Origin: Octopus vulgaris
Lineage: Eukaryota
Direction of reading: 5' to 3'
Length of the DNA: 64,000 nucleotides
NCBI GenBank assembly: GCA_951406725.2
Contig: OX597819.1
Span: 48,484,001-48,548,000 of the forward strand
Below are positions 13,557-26,557 of the stretch, piece after piece. The notes under the pieces are model-generated. The model ran no database searches. It was not told the origin of the DNA and worked only from the letters and a program-made list of their open reading frames with translations. The position numbers were made by a program, and so were the translations under genes. The stretch's first letter is position 1. Each line of letters begins with the position of its first letter.

Positions 13557-14454
13557 TACGAAAAGTTTAGGAAATAAACGGTTTGTGTCACACAAAACAT
13601 CGATGTTTTTGAGTGAATAAATAGAAACGGAATCTGAACGAATAAAAGAAACATAAAACTACTAGAACTACTGCAGTTGAAAACTCACTTATTAATACCA
13701 CAGTTAGCTTCATGAGCTAACGAAAGAGACTCTTCGTGGTCGCTCAACTTACTAGAAATAACAGTCAATATTCCGTAAAATCATATTCTTAAAGGAAAGG
13801 AAGAACGTAATTAAGTTTTTGATACACTATTGCGGAAAAAAAAAAAGAAAGGAAAATAAGAAAAATATTGGAGAGCATTAGCATTCGGATGGAATGTCTT
13901 TGATCGGAAATCAACTCGATAATATTTAATTACGACCCTTAACGCTCTGAGTTCAAATCCCGTCAAGGTTTTAACTTTGTCATTTTTCTGAGTTCGATAA
14001 AATAAGGAGTCGATTTGTATTTTTATCTATGATGCAACCTAGATGTCAATGGAATTATAACAGGAAACAGAGGACCAAACAACAACAACCACCATAGCGA
14101 CTAGATTCATTAGGATCATGATTTTTTTTGTTTTTGTTTTAAAGCGAAACAACTCTAACAAGGATCGAAATACAGTCGTAAAATGGGAGCTCACTTGCTT
14201 TCTGAGATTACTTTCCCAAAATAATTTGTAATACAAGACCACAAACTCTGGCGGAGATGAGACAGTCAATTAAACCGTCACATACTATTTCTGTGGACTT
14301 GTCGGAGAAGAAAGAGTGAGGCCCGTGGCTTTTGCCTAAGGTTAGGTGACTAGCAGGTTTACGTAATTTTTTTACTAAAGGCCCTGCCCGTTAACGACCC
14401 CTAAGGACCAGTTGATGGTATTAAACCGGGCGACGGATTAAGGTTACGCTTATT

Positions 14455-15950
14455 GATTAGTGCTTTGGTTTATCGACCCCGGAAGGATGAAAGACAATGT
14501 CAACCTTGGCGTGATTTGAACTCGGAACGAAGAATAATGAATTCTGTTTGATGCTCCACTGATTCTGTTGACCCAACTAACAATACTTTTTTCTAATAGA
14601 GTTGCAAAGCCTGAAATTTAGGGTGAGGTGGTTTAATCCATTATATTGACTCTAGTTACATGATTCTACTTTATTTTTTATCAATCCCGAGGTGTAAAAG
14701 GTAAAATGTACTGCAGCGGGGTTTGAACGAGCACGATAATAATAATAATAATAATAATAATAATCCTTTCCATTATAGGCCCAAGGTCTGAAATTTGGAG
14801 GAGAGGGATAGTCGCGACCCCGAAAGGATGAAAGGCAAAGTCGACCTTGGCAGAATTTGAATTCAGACGTAGCAGCAGACGACATTCCACTAAGCATTTC
14901 GCCCAGCGTGCTGAAGATTCTACCAGCTCGCTGCGTTTAATGGTTTCAAATTTTGGTACAAGGCCAGCAAGTTCGGGAGAGGGGAGTAAGTTGATTACAT
15001 CGATCTCAGTATTCCACTGGTATTCATTTTATCGACTCCGAAAGGATGAAAGGCAAAGTCAACCTCGGCGGCGTTTGAACTGTAAAAATGAAGACGAACG
15101 AAATACCTATTTCTTTACTACCCACAAGGGGCTAAACACAGAGAGGACAAACAAGGACAGACAAACGGATTAAGTCGATTATATCGACCCCAATGCGTAA
15201 CTGGTACTTATTTAATCGCCCCCGAAAGGATGAAAGGCAACGTCGACCTCGGCGGAATTTGAACTCAGAACGTAGCGGCAGACGAAATACCGCAAAGCAT
15301 TTTACCCGGCATGCTAACGATTTTGTTATCCTTTCTATTATAGGTACAAGGCCTGAAATTTTGGGAGAGGGGCTAGTCGATTACATCGGTTCCAGTATGC
15401 AACTGGTACTTATTTCATCAACCCCGAAAGGATGAAAGACACAGTTGGCCTCCGCATAATTTGAGCTCAGAACATAAAGACGAACGAAATGCCGCTAAGC
15501 ATTTTGCCAGCAATAATGATAATGATTTCTTTCTACAACAGATAAGCACAAGGCCTAACACTTTTTAGTGGAGAGGGCCAGTCGATTTCATCGACTTCAA
15601 TGCATGTCTGGTACATATTTTATCGAACCCGGAAGAGTGAGAAGCAAAGTCGACGTCGGCGGAATTTAAATTCAGAAAGAAAAAAGCCAGAAGAAATGCC
15701 GCTGTGCATTTTGTCCAGCGTACCAACGATTTGCCAACAATAATAATGATAATCTTTTCTCCCATAGATACAAGGCCTGATATTTTGGTGGAGGCAGCTA
15801 GTGATTGCATCAACCTTAGAATTTGACTGGTAGTTCTTTTATTGACTCTGAAAGGATGAAAGGCAAAGTCGACCTCGTGTACATTTGAACTCAGAACATC
15901 AGAAGTAGTAACTGAATATTGCATAATGCTTCAACAATTCTACCAATCCA
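14455..15950 (-). mobile_element. Head-to-tail array of about 8 family-A SINE copies
   Basis: gaaaggatgaaaggcaaagtcgacc-type core at about 14481, 14686 (diverged), 14821, 15040, 15224, 15425, 15630 and 15850, all in the same orientation; several are separated by (AAT)n-like tails. Confidence 0.9.
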
Positions 15951-18750
15951 TCACCCTAATCCTAACATCAGTCTACTTGTCGAAAAGGAAGACAAAGAAG
16001 ACCCCTGTGGGCTTAAATGTAAGACCTTTGACGTCAAGAATAAGATATTTAAGGGAAACGGAAATAAGAGGTTGTGACACCTTTTCCCTAAGAACACTAG
16101 CAATGTAAAATTAATTGAAATGTCACAATCCGGGAATCGAACCGGTTTACATATCAAGATTTATTTTTGTTATTGAAGCACAAAGTTTCAGATTTGCAAG
16201 GGGCTGAGAGTGCGGGATCATGTAACATTCATGTGTTAGTCTTTGGCAAGTGAAATGTAATAAACCTTTGTGAAGCTTAGTGACATAAGTGAAGTGAAAC
16301 CCGGGCGCAATTTGGATTTGCCGGTAGCTTCATGCTTTACAAGACGAAGCCCGAGAGTTTTAAAACGAAGGTGAAGGGAGAAATTATGGTACTCTTAAGT
16401 AATAATAATGATAAAAAAAGATCACAACAACAATAAAAAAACAACTATATATGTAATATATTTTTGTTTGTATCATTCATCACTTTAGAATCAAAACACA
16501 TTGTTGTTTACGCACAAATACACACGTACTTGCATACACATAGTATGCACGTATGTGTGTGTGTGTGTGTGTATCTGTGTATGTATGTATGTATGTATGT
16601 ATGCATGCATGCACGCATGTATGTATGTGTACGTATATATGTATAAGTGTGTATGTGCACGTATAGATACACATACATATTTACATACGCATTTGCACAC
16701 ATACACACTCATACTAATAAACTGGCTAAAAACAAGAGCTATTGTTTATAAGTAAACGCATCTTATGAATTCCATTGATAAATTACATAAGAGAGAGATA
16801 TATAAACAAGGAAATAACAGTAACACAAGTAACTTATCTTTCTTTCCTTTCTATTTTTCGTTTATTTCCATAGTTTTTGTTTTAGTCTAAGTCTTGTTTC
16901 TATCTTTACTTGTCAATTTATTTTTACCGCGCATCTCTAATTACAGTTCTATTTTTTTGAGAAGGCAATTTAGAGATGAATTGTGGCGAAGATAATAAAC
17001 TTCACTGACTGAGGGTTTTTTTCTTTACCAAATGGAATCTATTTCAATAATTTAAATTTGCCTTTTTTCTTTCGTTTCGTATGTTTAACAACAAACACCC
17101 AAACCAAATGGAAATAAGAAAATTATGTCCTTTTGTACAAGAGTAGAGTAAATTGAGCGTTGTGACAATATATATGTTTATTTCTTATTTCTTTCTCTTT
17201 CCTTCTTTTTAAGTTCTAACAAGAACTAGTTTCAGAGGGTGGGGTGGGAGCGGGATTCATTTACCGAAATTTCGACACCAATAAATAAATTCGTAGAGGC
17301 CAAGCTTTTTTTATTAAAAAAATTTTTTTTTTAGAAAGTTTTGCTGAACTTATACTATCTCACAGACTGAATTCGTAAAACTCACTTTAAGGGATGAAAA
17401 TTTGTATGTTATCACTAACACTAACCAATCTAACAAAGTCTATCGATAACCAACAGGTACGCGTATGGACTGCTTATAAGTAAAAGTATCTTAACAGCAT
17501 TAGGACCCCTGGGCAAAGCAATACACCAGGAACACTACATACAAAACCATAACATACGTAGATTAGAATTTGACCTCTAGATCCACCGGGTCCTGGGCAG
17601 CTACTCTGTGCGCTCATGTTTTGAGACAATACTGCTTATAAGCTGCATTTTCTTCAGATATCTCCTTCACTTCTACTCCAGCTTTCATAATTCCATTCAC
17701 ATCTAGGAATATACTAGATTTTAGTATGTGTACCTTCTGTCCACAGTTTTAACTCCCTAGTTGCCAGGTAACTGTGGGAGGAATTGTACTTAGTCTAGAA
17801 ATAGCAGCCATACTTTACAGATTTTATAAACGGAAGGACGCAACAGATAATGTAGCCCTAAATCTATTTTTCCTTGCAAAAAAAAAAAAAAAAAAGATGA
17901 AATGGTCATAACTGGATTACCTTTGATCATAAGTCTGCTGGATCAGAGGTGACCTTGGGTTAAACAACAACAACAACATATTTAGGGCAATTGAACAATT
18001 GTAGAACACTATTACTTTGGATCTTTTCCCTTCATCAGTGAGCACTGTACTAGTTTTTATAGAAACATCTAAGCTACTTGCCATTATGATCTATTCGCTT
18101 GTTAGAAAATTTTCATCAGGTCCCTTTATTGCAATAATTGCTGATGGACCTCTCCACAAGTGTAACTACGACAGTATCCTTCTCCGAAAACCCTTGCTTA
18201 ATAAAACAATCCCTGCAGACAAGATAACAAGAAAATCAGTATTGGAGTCTGATCTGCTAAAAATAGCTATGAAACCGCCCTTATATCACAATGTATCATT
18301 TAGAAATATGTGAAGATGCATTGGATAATGTACTCCCAGGTATATATGTCTAGTGGGGGGGGGGAAAGGCAGGATGTCATGCCTGGAACTGCCTTTGACT
18401 AAAGGTCGGAACTAACATGGAGTTAAACAACGACAAACCAAAGATATAAACGACTGCTTAGTTTTCAGAACAGCCTCTCTTTCTGATTACATTGCAGAGC
18501 ACCTGCCATCTCCCCTGGCCATCAAATTAAGTTATATGAACGTTTTACTGGTATAGATTAACAGTGTTGCCTCACCACATATCCCTGAAGATCATAGATA
18601 ATTTTGTAATCACTTAACCGACATAAAGTTAGATTAATAACTGGCTTCAGTCTTCTCCTTATGATGTTACTTTCTGAACACTCACACACGATATATATAA
18701 TGTATATTTATATAATGTGTGTGTATTAAATATGTATTTATATATATATG

Positions 18751-18819
<69 letters not shown>

Positions 18820-19469
18820 GCATATATGGGTACAGTACGTCAAAAAAACGTTAACAAAATGAGAAATGAGACCATTAAAAAACAAATGCATGGTAAACAA
18901 ACTTTTTTTCAAACAACGAAAGAAACAAATAGAGAAACGAGACAGGCAATATAAAGAACATTCCCTTTATCAGTTGTCCCCTGTTTTATCTCTCTGCGTT
19001 TTGAAGGTAGGGACAAGACACGACTTCGTTAAAACAATCCTTCCTGCAAAGCAAATCGAATAAAATTTGGGATGTTTTGCAGAGGGTTTAAGTTGTAACA
19101 AAAATAGGACAGTAAGAACAAAACAGTAAAAACAAACGGTGAGGGCTGTTATAAATATGGTCAGACTGCCTGCAACTAAACCAGCAGTCCTACCAAGGCT
19201 ATTTGGTAAGGATGGTGATTTTTGTTGGACACCCTGCAGAATGAAAAACAAAGCCTGTCAAAGTTTGGATGAACTCAGTTGAGTCAAAAGTCATTGAACA
19301 GTTGAGAGTGATAGACCCCTAGTCTTTATTTAGACATTTCTCTATAAGAAAAATTCTGACGTATCACCTGCAACTTTGTTTGCATCTAATGATGTAGACT
19401 AGTTCTTTTTGGGGGCAAATGCACATGTTTAGGGAGTGGGATTGGCCCTTTGTAAGACCTTCACTTTAA

Positions 19470-19648
19470 CCCTTTCGATACCAATCCAGCTGAATAAGTT
19501 TTGAATTAAAACCTTCCACCAAACCTTAGTCACAATTTATGTTCCTAACATTAAAAATAACTAAGTTATTTTACTAAATTCTTTGTTATATTTAAAATTA
19601 ATTGAAAGAAACACAGAGCATCTCAAAATAAATACGGTAACGAAAGGG
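19470..19648. mobile_element. piggyBac-type MITE
   Basis: TTAA TSD at 19466-19469 and 19649-19652; TIR ccctttcgatacc / ggtaacgaaaggg (12 of 13 match). Confidence 0.85.
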
Positions 19649-20249
19649 TTAAAACATTTCAGACACAGGTATTACTTGATTTTTAACAGCTCCGTTAACA
19701 TTTCTATTATATGTTGCATTCTGTGATGGCTGGCCATAACTGAAGGGAAAATGTTTGATGAAAGTTTCAGGATGGAATGAAGGCATTTGGTCAGCATGGG
19801 TGATAAGCTCTCTCAACACCTGTTGTAAGAGGTGTTCATTGTTGCTATGTCTGTGAAAAGAGTATAGGCCCTCTTAGCAGGAATAAAAGGCCATAACTGT
19901 GGTGCTCATATTTACTTGAAATTGAGTTGCAGTCACCACACCACCATATGTTTATATGTATGTGTGTGTGCACCTACATGCATGCAAGGAAAACTTTGCA
20001 GTTGTAAATTCATGAGCCTGTATGAATAACAAATAATGTGTGTGTGTGTGTGTGTGTGTCCATTCTGTAATGTGGAGCTTGGCACCAACTGCTGTCAAAC
20101 TATCCAGCCATGCCAACATAGAAGAGAGACATTAAATGTTGTTGATGATGATGATACACAAACACACACACATATACTTAATTTTGTTATATTGAATGTT
20201 GTTATATATGACTGCTCTAAAGCATTTTACTGTGTCTTCAATCTTTAAT

Positions 20250-21200
20250 CCAAATCATCCACCTATAGGACTGGTCTGTTTCGTATCTTTTGAATCTAAC
20301 ATCAGCGCATATTAATGCCATTCTCTCTTTGATCTGAATTCTTTCAATTCTGGTGTACCCCCAAGTTCCATTTTGTCTTCTGCACTTTCCTGTACATCAA
20401 CAACCTACTTGTCATCACCTTGGACAACATCCACTCCTGCACAGATGAAATCATTTTTCATTCTTCCTTCATGTCCTACACATAGCTGTCACTGACATGC
20501 AACCTGATATCTCACATTAAACATGCACTGATTTCATAAACATTGACCTTAGAAGCATCTTCCAATTTGGAGGCTAATCTTGTCTCTTTCACCACTATAA
20601 TGATATAATCATATAAAAAAAAACCTTCTCCATTATTGTATCTTATCCAAAATATGGATGCTCCTTAACTAGAGCCTTTTTAACAAACATACATCTTCAA
20701 CATAACAAAAACTGCATCCTGAAAACTGTACTTTCTGTTCCAGCCCAGAAAAGATTTAAGCCATTTAGAACTACAAACCCTGTATAAAGGTCAGGTGAGA
20801 TCCATAGGAGAATACATCTTTCCTTGTTTATCATCGGGGGTTTGGCTCCCCACCACCAAAAGAACAAAACAAAACAAAAACAAAACATTGTGTTAAATGA
20901 ATTAGTGAATAATGACTAATAGAACATATGGGTTCTATTAGGGTTTATTCCATGACTCTTAGTTGTCCTAAGCATTGTGTATGGTCCACTGAAGCACACT
21001 TTTACAGTTCAAGCAGAATCTTTAATTGATTGCCAACCCATGTTATAACAGATCAATTTGTGATAAGAGTTACATGGTTCACAATGGAGCATGTTGTGTT
21101 ACTTGGATCAATAATAAATGAATGAATGATAAACAAGGAGAGATGCACTACTCTCACATATGGAGTGGTACTGCTACTGTTCATGCAGCCATCAAAGATC
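20250..21200 (+). pseudogene. Highly decayed LINE RT fragment (L2/Jockey-like)
   Basis: tctggtgtacccccaagttccattttg resembles SGVPQGSIL; ctgtacatcaacaaccta resembles LYINDL; atccactcctgcacagatgaa resembles IHSYADD; tactctcacatatgg near 21150 resembles CSHIW. Many frameshifts. Confidence 0.5.
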
Positions 21201-21630
21201 ACATCCAAAATAAATCTACTTGTTTGATTGGTATGAAGTTAATCACAAATACACTTTAATCTCTGCTCTATCAACATAGCCTCCTCTCTGTAATGAGCAG
21301 AAATGATGTTGGGTTGAGAGGACTCTTCAGTCACGGCGAGGACATGAAAGCATCTCTAGTACTACTATCATTATAAAATACACCCAGTACACACTACAAA
21401 GTGGTTGGTGAGAGAAATAGCACCTAGCTGTAGAAACCCAGTCAGAAACGAAACACACAGGTAGTGAGACATGGATTTCTGACTTGTCTAGTGTGACAAT
21501 AACTCTGAATTAGAACTGACCTATCTAACCATGCCAGCACAGAAAGCAGATATAAAATGATGAAGTTGATGATAATGCTAAGGTAGACACACCACCTCCT
21601 CTGAAGTAAATTCTATAAAATAAATACATA

Positions 21631-21792
21631 GGTGCAGGAGTGGCTGTGTGGTCAAGAAGTTTCATTTCCAACTACATGATTTCAGGTTCAGTCCCACTGT
21701 GTGGCACCTTGGGCAAGTGTCTTCTACTATAGCCTCGGGATGACCAAAGCCTTGTGAGTGCATTTGGTAGATGGAAACTGAAAGAAGCCTGT

Positions 21793-21838
<46 letters not shown>

Positions 21839-21965
21839 GTGATTCAGCAGAAAGAGACTGATAGAATAGATATTAGGCTTACAAAGAATAGGTCCCAGGG
21901 TCAATTTGTTCAACTAAAGGCGGTGCTCCAGCATGGCCACAGTCAAATGACTGAAACAAGTAAAA
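21631..21965 (+). mobile_element. Family-B (CORE-type) SINE with internal (TA)n
   Basis: ggtgcaggagtggctgtgtgg (A box)...ggttcagtccc (B box)...ccttgggcaagtgtctt (CORE-like)...gcatggccacagtcaaatgactgaaacaagtaaaa. Confidence 0.9.
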
Positions 21966-23250
21966 CATAAAACACACTAGATTTGATGGCATAAAGACAC
22001 TTTTCCCCCCCAAAAAAGTCTCAAAAAAAAAGAAGAAAAATCATCCTAAGCCCTACAAACGAAATTGGGCCTCCAATAAGCTAATATTGTTCCTGATGTT
22101 TGTTACTATGGACCAATTTTAGTTCAGACAGTTTCTTCTATTTAGTTTAATTCCATAATAATAATATTTATGAAAACAGGCTTATTATTACTTGCACTGT
22201 AAAGGTGGTGAACTGGCTCACAGGAACATTAGTACACCGGACAAAATGCTTTGGATCATTTCAACTGTTTGTACATTCTGAGTTCAAATTCTGCTAAAGT
22301 CAACTTTGCCTTTCATCCTTTAGGGAGTGTGAAGTTTTTCCTCCCACCTCCATTTTCACTATCCCATCAAATTTCCTTCACAACTCATTCCCTAACGCTC
22401 ATCACTTCTTTATCCCTGATATTATTCAGCTACCATAATCACCTGAGAGCAGAACAGACACATGCTACACACACTCTTCCATTTCATTATCTTTCTCTTT
22501 CTTACCCCTCCCCAGAACACTTTCCATTCCTCATTATCTTTCTCTGGCCATGCTCTCCCACCTCTGCTAGACTCTATCCTTAAAACCTTTCTCATCACCT
22601 ATCCCCCCCCTCCCCCCAATGACCTCACATATCTAACATAACCCTCCCTCTCACTGAGCCACTCCTATATATTTCACCTTCAATTACTACAGCTACCTGT
22701 ATCCCATGAAATCACTTTCCTTCACATTCTTATGAAATTTTCCTTTCTGTTACCTCTGCCCACCCACCCAGTCCAATCCATCCCCCTCTCTCCCATTCCC
22801 TCCATTTCTTCCACTCTCTCCATCTCTCCCACTTTCTTTATCTCTCTCCATCTCTCCCACTCTCTCCATATCTCTCTTTCTCTCAGAGTTTCCTTCTCCT
22901 TTCTTCCCCTACTGCAGTATCCTTGTATCGCTTCTATAACAACACACCTATCCCTCTATCATTCTTTAAACCTCTCATCGACTGGCACAAAGTCACATCC
23001 TTCAATACTACCCCCCTCCCCCAGTCAAAGGGTCTTTGTTTCATCTTGCAAGTTATTTGGTGACCCAACTGGTGCTGGTGCTGCAAAAACAGCATCCAGT
23101 ACATACATTAAAGTGGTTGGTGTTAGGAAGGATGAAATCCAACTTTAGAAACCCTGCCAAAACAGATGATAGAGTTTGGCACAGCCCTTCAGCTTACCAG
23201 CTCTCATCAAACCATCCAACTCATGCTAGCATGGAGAATAGACATTACAT

Positions 23251-23677
23251 ACTCTTTTGCTCTTTTACTTGTTTCAGTCATTTGATTGTGGCCATGCTGG
23301 AGAACTGCCTTTAGTTGAGCAAATTGCCCCCAGGACTTATTCTTTGTAAGCCTAGTACTTATTCTATTGGTCTCTTTGGCGAACCGCTAAGTTACCAGGA
23401 CGTAAACACACCAGCATTGGTTGTCAAGCGATGTTGGGGGCGGGGGGGGGGGCGACAAACACAGCCACACAAATATATACACACATACATATATATATAT
23501 ATACATATATATACGACAGGCTTCTTTCAGTTTCTGTCTACCAAATCCACTCACAAGGCTTTGGTCTGCCCGAGGCTATAGTAGAAGACACTTGCCCAAG
23601 GTGCCACGCAGTGGGACTGAACCCGGAACCATGTGGCTGGTAAGCAAGCTACTTACCACACAGCCACTCCTGTGCCT
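23251..23677 (-). mobile_element. Family-B (CORE-type) SINE, full length
   Basis: Same head, core and tail as 21631-21965 in reverse orientation. Other copies at 25450-25773, 29478-29858, 37420-37755, 41724-42137, 42950-43575 and 53903-54300. Confidence 0.9.
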
Positions 23678-25806
23678 ATATATCCATGATGACGAAATTA
23701 GAATGCATCTAATAGGCTCATGCACCTTTTATGCTATCAAATAGAGTAAGTAATGTTCTTTGTCAATGATGTTTGTTGTGTTGTTATCTCTTAGTTTTCT
23801 CAATGAATAAATATTTTTTTCCAACTTATGAGAAGGCTCAGCGGTTGGTACATTTGCAGTGTAGTGTAGTGATATATAATGTTAGCCATATTGAAGTTAG
23901 TACCATTCTTTGGAAACAATTGGTGTTTATTGAAGTGGACAATAAGTTATTTGTTTAGTGTTTTCTGCTTAGTGGTGAACCACTGTTTGAATTAATTGCC
24001 TAAAGAAAGACATGTGGTAGAATTCTAGTCCTTAGTTCAACTTATACTTGAAATTTCTGCCATAAAATAAGTAAAAAAAACAAACAAACAAAAAGAAAAA
24101 AAAAGACAATGAGAAAAATGAAGCTACTGGCAAAAATGGTAATGAAAGAAAAGGGGAAGAAAAAAAGAAAAGAATGATTGAGAAAGTTGATCTACAAATA
24201 AAAAGAAATGTCAAAAGAAGAGAAAGAAGAAATGGAAGTCAAATAGATTACAAGCAGATGTAGAAGTGTGTGTGTGTGTGTGTTTTGGCACATGTATGTG
24301 TGTGTGTGTTTGTCTCCTAAGAAGTGAACTAGAATTAACTGACAGAGGAGGGGGAGGAGGAGGAGGAGGAAATTCACTTAAAAATGATAAGAAAAAATGG
24401 TCTTCTCTTCCCCACCTCAAAAACTTGCTGAATCTGGGAAGGAAAATGGAATTGAGCTAGCTTACACAAAGGATATGTATGTATATATATATATATAATT
24501 ATGTATGTGTGTATATATATAGAGAGAGAGCAAAAGAGAAGGACAGTGAGGACAAGAACAAAAGAAGGAAAGACGTGTGTATGTGAGTGTAAAAAATATT
24601 TTCAATAAAGAGCATAGTTGTAAATATTTAAAATGAAAATGATAATTATGAGCACCAATGCAGTTATATTTGTTCCATTTATATAGTTTATAAACTTCTT
24701 TTTCATGCACGAGTGTTGAATTATTTACTCTCTAAATGTCTATAGTTTTAGACAGGCAGATAATTGTTGCTTAATTTCTATTCTTTGTCAACTTTTAACT
24801 TGTCATTGTTAATAGGACAATCACAAAATCTCTATTCAGTAAAGGCATTTATAAATGCTTTATTCCACACTATAAGCAATACATTTTCACATTTCCCCCC
24901 CACCAACCTCTCTTTTTTTATATTTATTTATTCATTTATTTATTTATTTATTTCATTTATCTCTCACTTCATTCCTCCACGTCCAAATAAATGACTGACA
25001 ACATTTATAGACTAACACAACTGCTTAAAGTCAGTTGTGATGGGAAAACAAAATAGATTACAGTTCAATAGGCATCAAAGAATGGTGACTGATGCGATTG
25101 ACTCCAGAGAGATGTGGCTGGGTGGTGGAGTTGGGGGTCAGGGAAGTAGACATTTCAGAATAACAAATGGTTGTTACGGTGTTTAAATATATTGATCAAA
25201 CTAGATAGCCAGAAATGAACAAAAAGAACATTTCACTATCTTGGGGCATTGAAGGAGAAAATTCTTGTCACAATATCTGTAATTAAAAGTGATGTTATTT
25301 CCAAAGTAAGTGTTGGGACTTCGTTAATATGAATGAGGCTAAAAATAGCAAGAAAAGCAATGAAAATATTTAGGTGTCATTAATATAATTTTGGATATTG
25401 TCTTCTGATTAGTATTGAGTTAGAGAAGATTTATGTGGCAGTCTTTGACATAGGTGCAGGCATGGCTATTCAGTTAACAAGTTTGGTTTGCAATCGCATG
25501 GTTTTGAGTTCAGCCCCACTGTGCAGCACCTCAGGCAACTGTCATCTACTACAGTTCTAGCTTGACCATTGTCTTGGGAGTGGATTTAGTAGAAAGAAAC
25601 TGAAAAAATGCCTGTCACATTTATGTACATATATACATTATGTGTATGTTTTCTTGTGTTTGTTATCATCACCACTTGACAATTGGTGTTAGTTTGTTTA
25701 CATTCCTGTAACTTTGTGGTACAGTAAACAAGGCCAATAGAATAAGCACCAGACTTTTAAAAGTAAGTACTGGTTTAGTGCCCCAGGATATTGTATCTGC
25801 AGTTCC

Positions 25807-25882
25807 ATTATTTAGGCAGAGTGGTATACATATAATTTTCTTGTACAGGAAAATTATATGTATACCACTCTGCCTAAATAAT
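25807..25882. repeat. 76-bp loopless palindrome with one mismatch
   Basis: attatttaggcagagtggtatacatataattttc-ttgtacag-gaaaattatatgtataccactctgcctaaataat. Confidence 0.95.
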
Positions 25883-25978
25883 ATCCTTGCATATCTCACG
25901 TCTGTTTTCATTCCTCCACTTCATTCTCTATTTCATATCTTCTCTAGAATAACTATTGCTTAACCATTTTCTCACAGC

Positions 25979-26026
25979 GTTTCAGATGAAGGGATATATA
26001 AAATATTCTGGAAACAGCTGTAAGAC
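25979..26026 (+). ncRNA. Minimal type I hammerhead ribozyme motif with mutated core (CAGAUGA)
   Basis: gttt-CAGATGA-a-gggatat-ataaa-atattct-g-GAAA-C-agct-GTA-agac; palindromic stem III ACAGCTGT; stem I gttt/agac. Confidence 0.65.
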
Positions 26027-26557
26027 TTTCTCTTTTATAAATGTTCTGAAATCTTTCACAGCCTTGGATTTTTATCTCATTCTGTTAATTTTTTATATAT
26101 ACGCATGCTGATATATGACCTATGTTGGACTCCTCATTCGCGTAATCACCGAACCTGGAGCTTAACTATAGTCTGTCCATAGCATTTACTCAGCATTACC
26201 TGATACCTTTGGGTCTTCTTGACACTGTTACCTCTCATAACCTATATATATATATAGGTTATATAGGTTGTTGTTGATCATGATGATGATGATTACATAT
26301 ATATTTATATATATATATATAATAATTTGAGGGAATATTATTCCTAACTTACAGGGAAAAATTCAATTTAGAAATACTAAATCAAATTTCATAAAAATTA
26401 GAAAAAACCACCATTTATCAATTCAAAATGAACAATTAAATTACACCATCTAGAGAATTACATATAACAGAAATATTAAATATAAAATAACAATAATATA
26501 CCGATGATTAAGTAATGTGCAAAATAATAAATAAAACGTATATATTATATATATATA

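Noticed and set aside
13523-13570. Hammerhead (CTGATGA...GAAA) within the octamer cluster
   Set aside because: Stem II does not abut GAAA, and there is no stem I or stem III.
14455-15950. CRISPR-like regular repeat spacing (also 57960-58710)
   Set aside because: The units are SINE bodies or minisatellite monomers with no unique spacers; eukaryotic context and no cas genes.
16120-16150. tRNA gene (ccggttcgattcccgg on the minus strand)
   Set aside because: Only a T-arm/B-box; no A box, D arm, anticodon arm or acceptor stem.
18960-19020. Permuted hammerhead on the minus strand (AAAAC...CTGATAA) in a TA-flanked element
   Set aside because: Both core segments deviate and no stem I can be drawn; it would need a family consensus to evaluate.
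22330-23030. Ser/Leu/Pro-rich ORFs (and the purine-rich counterpart at 34400-35200)
   Set aside because: Low-complexity pyrimidine or purine tracts.
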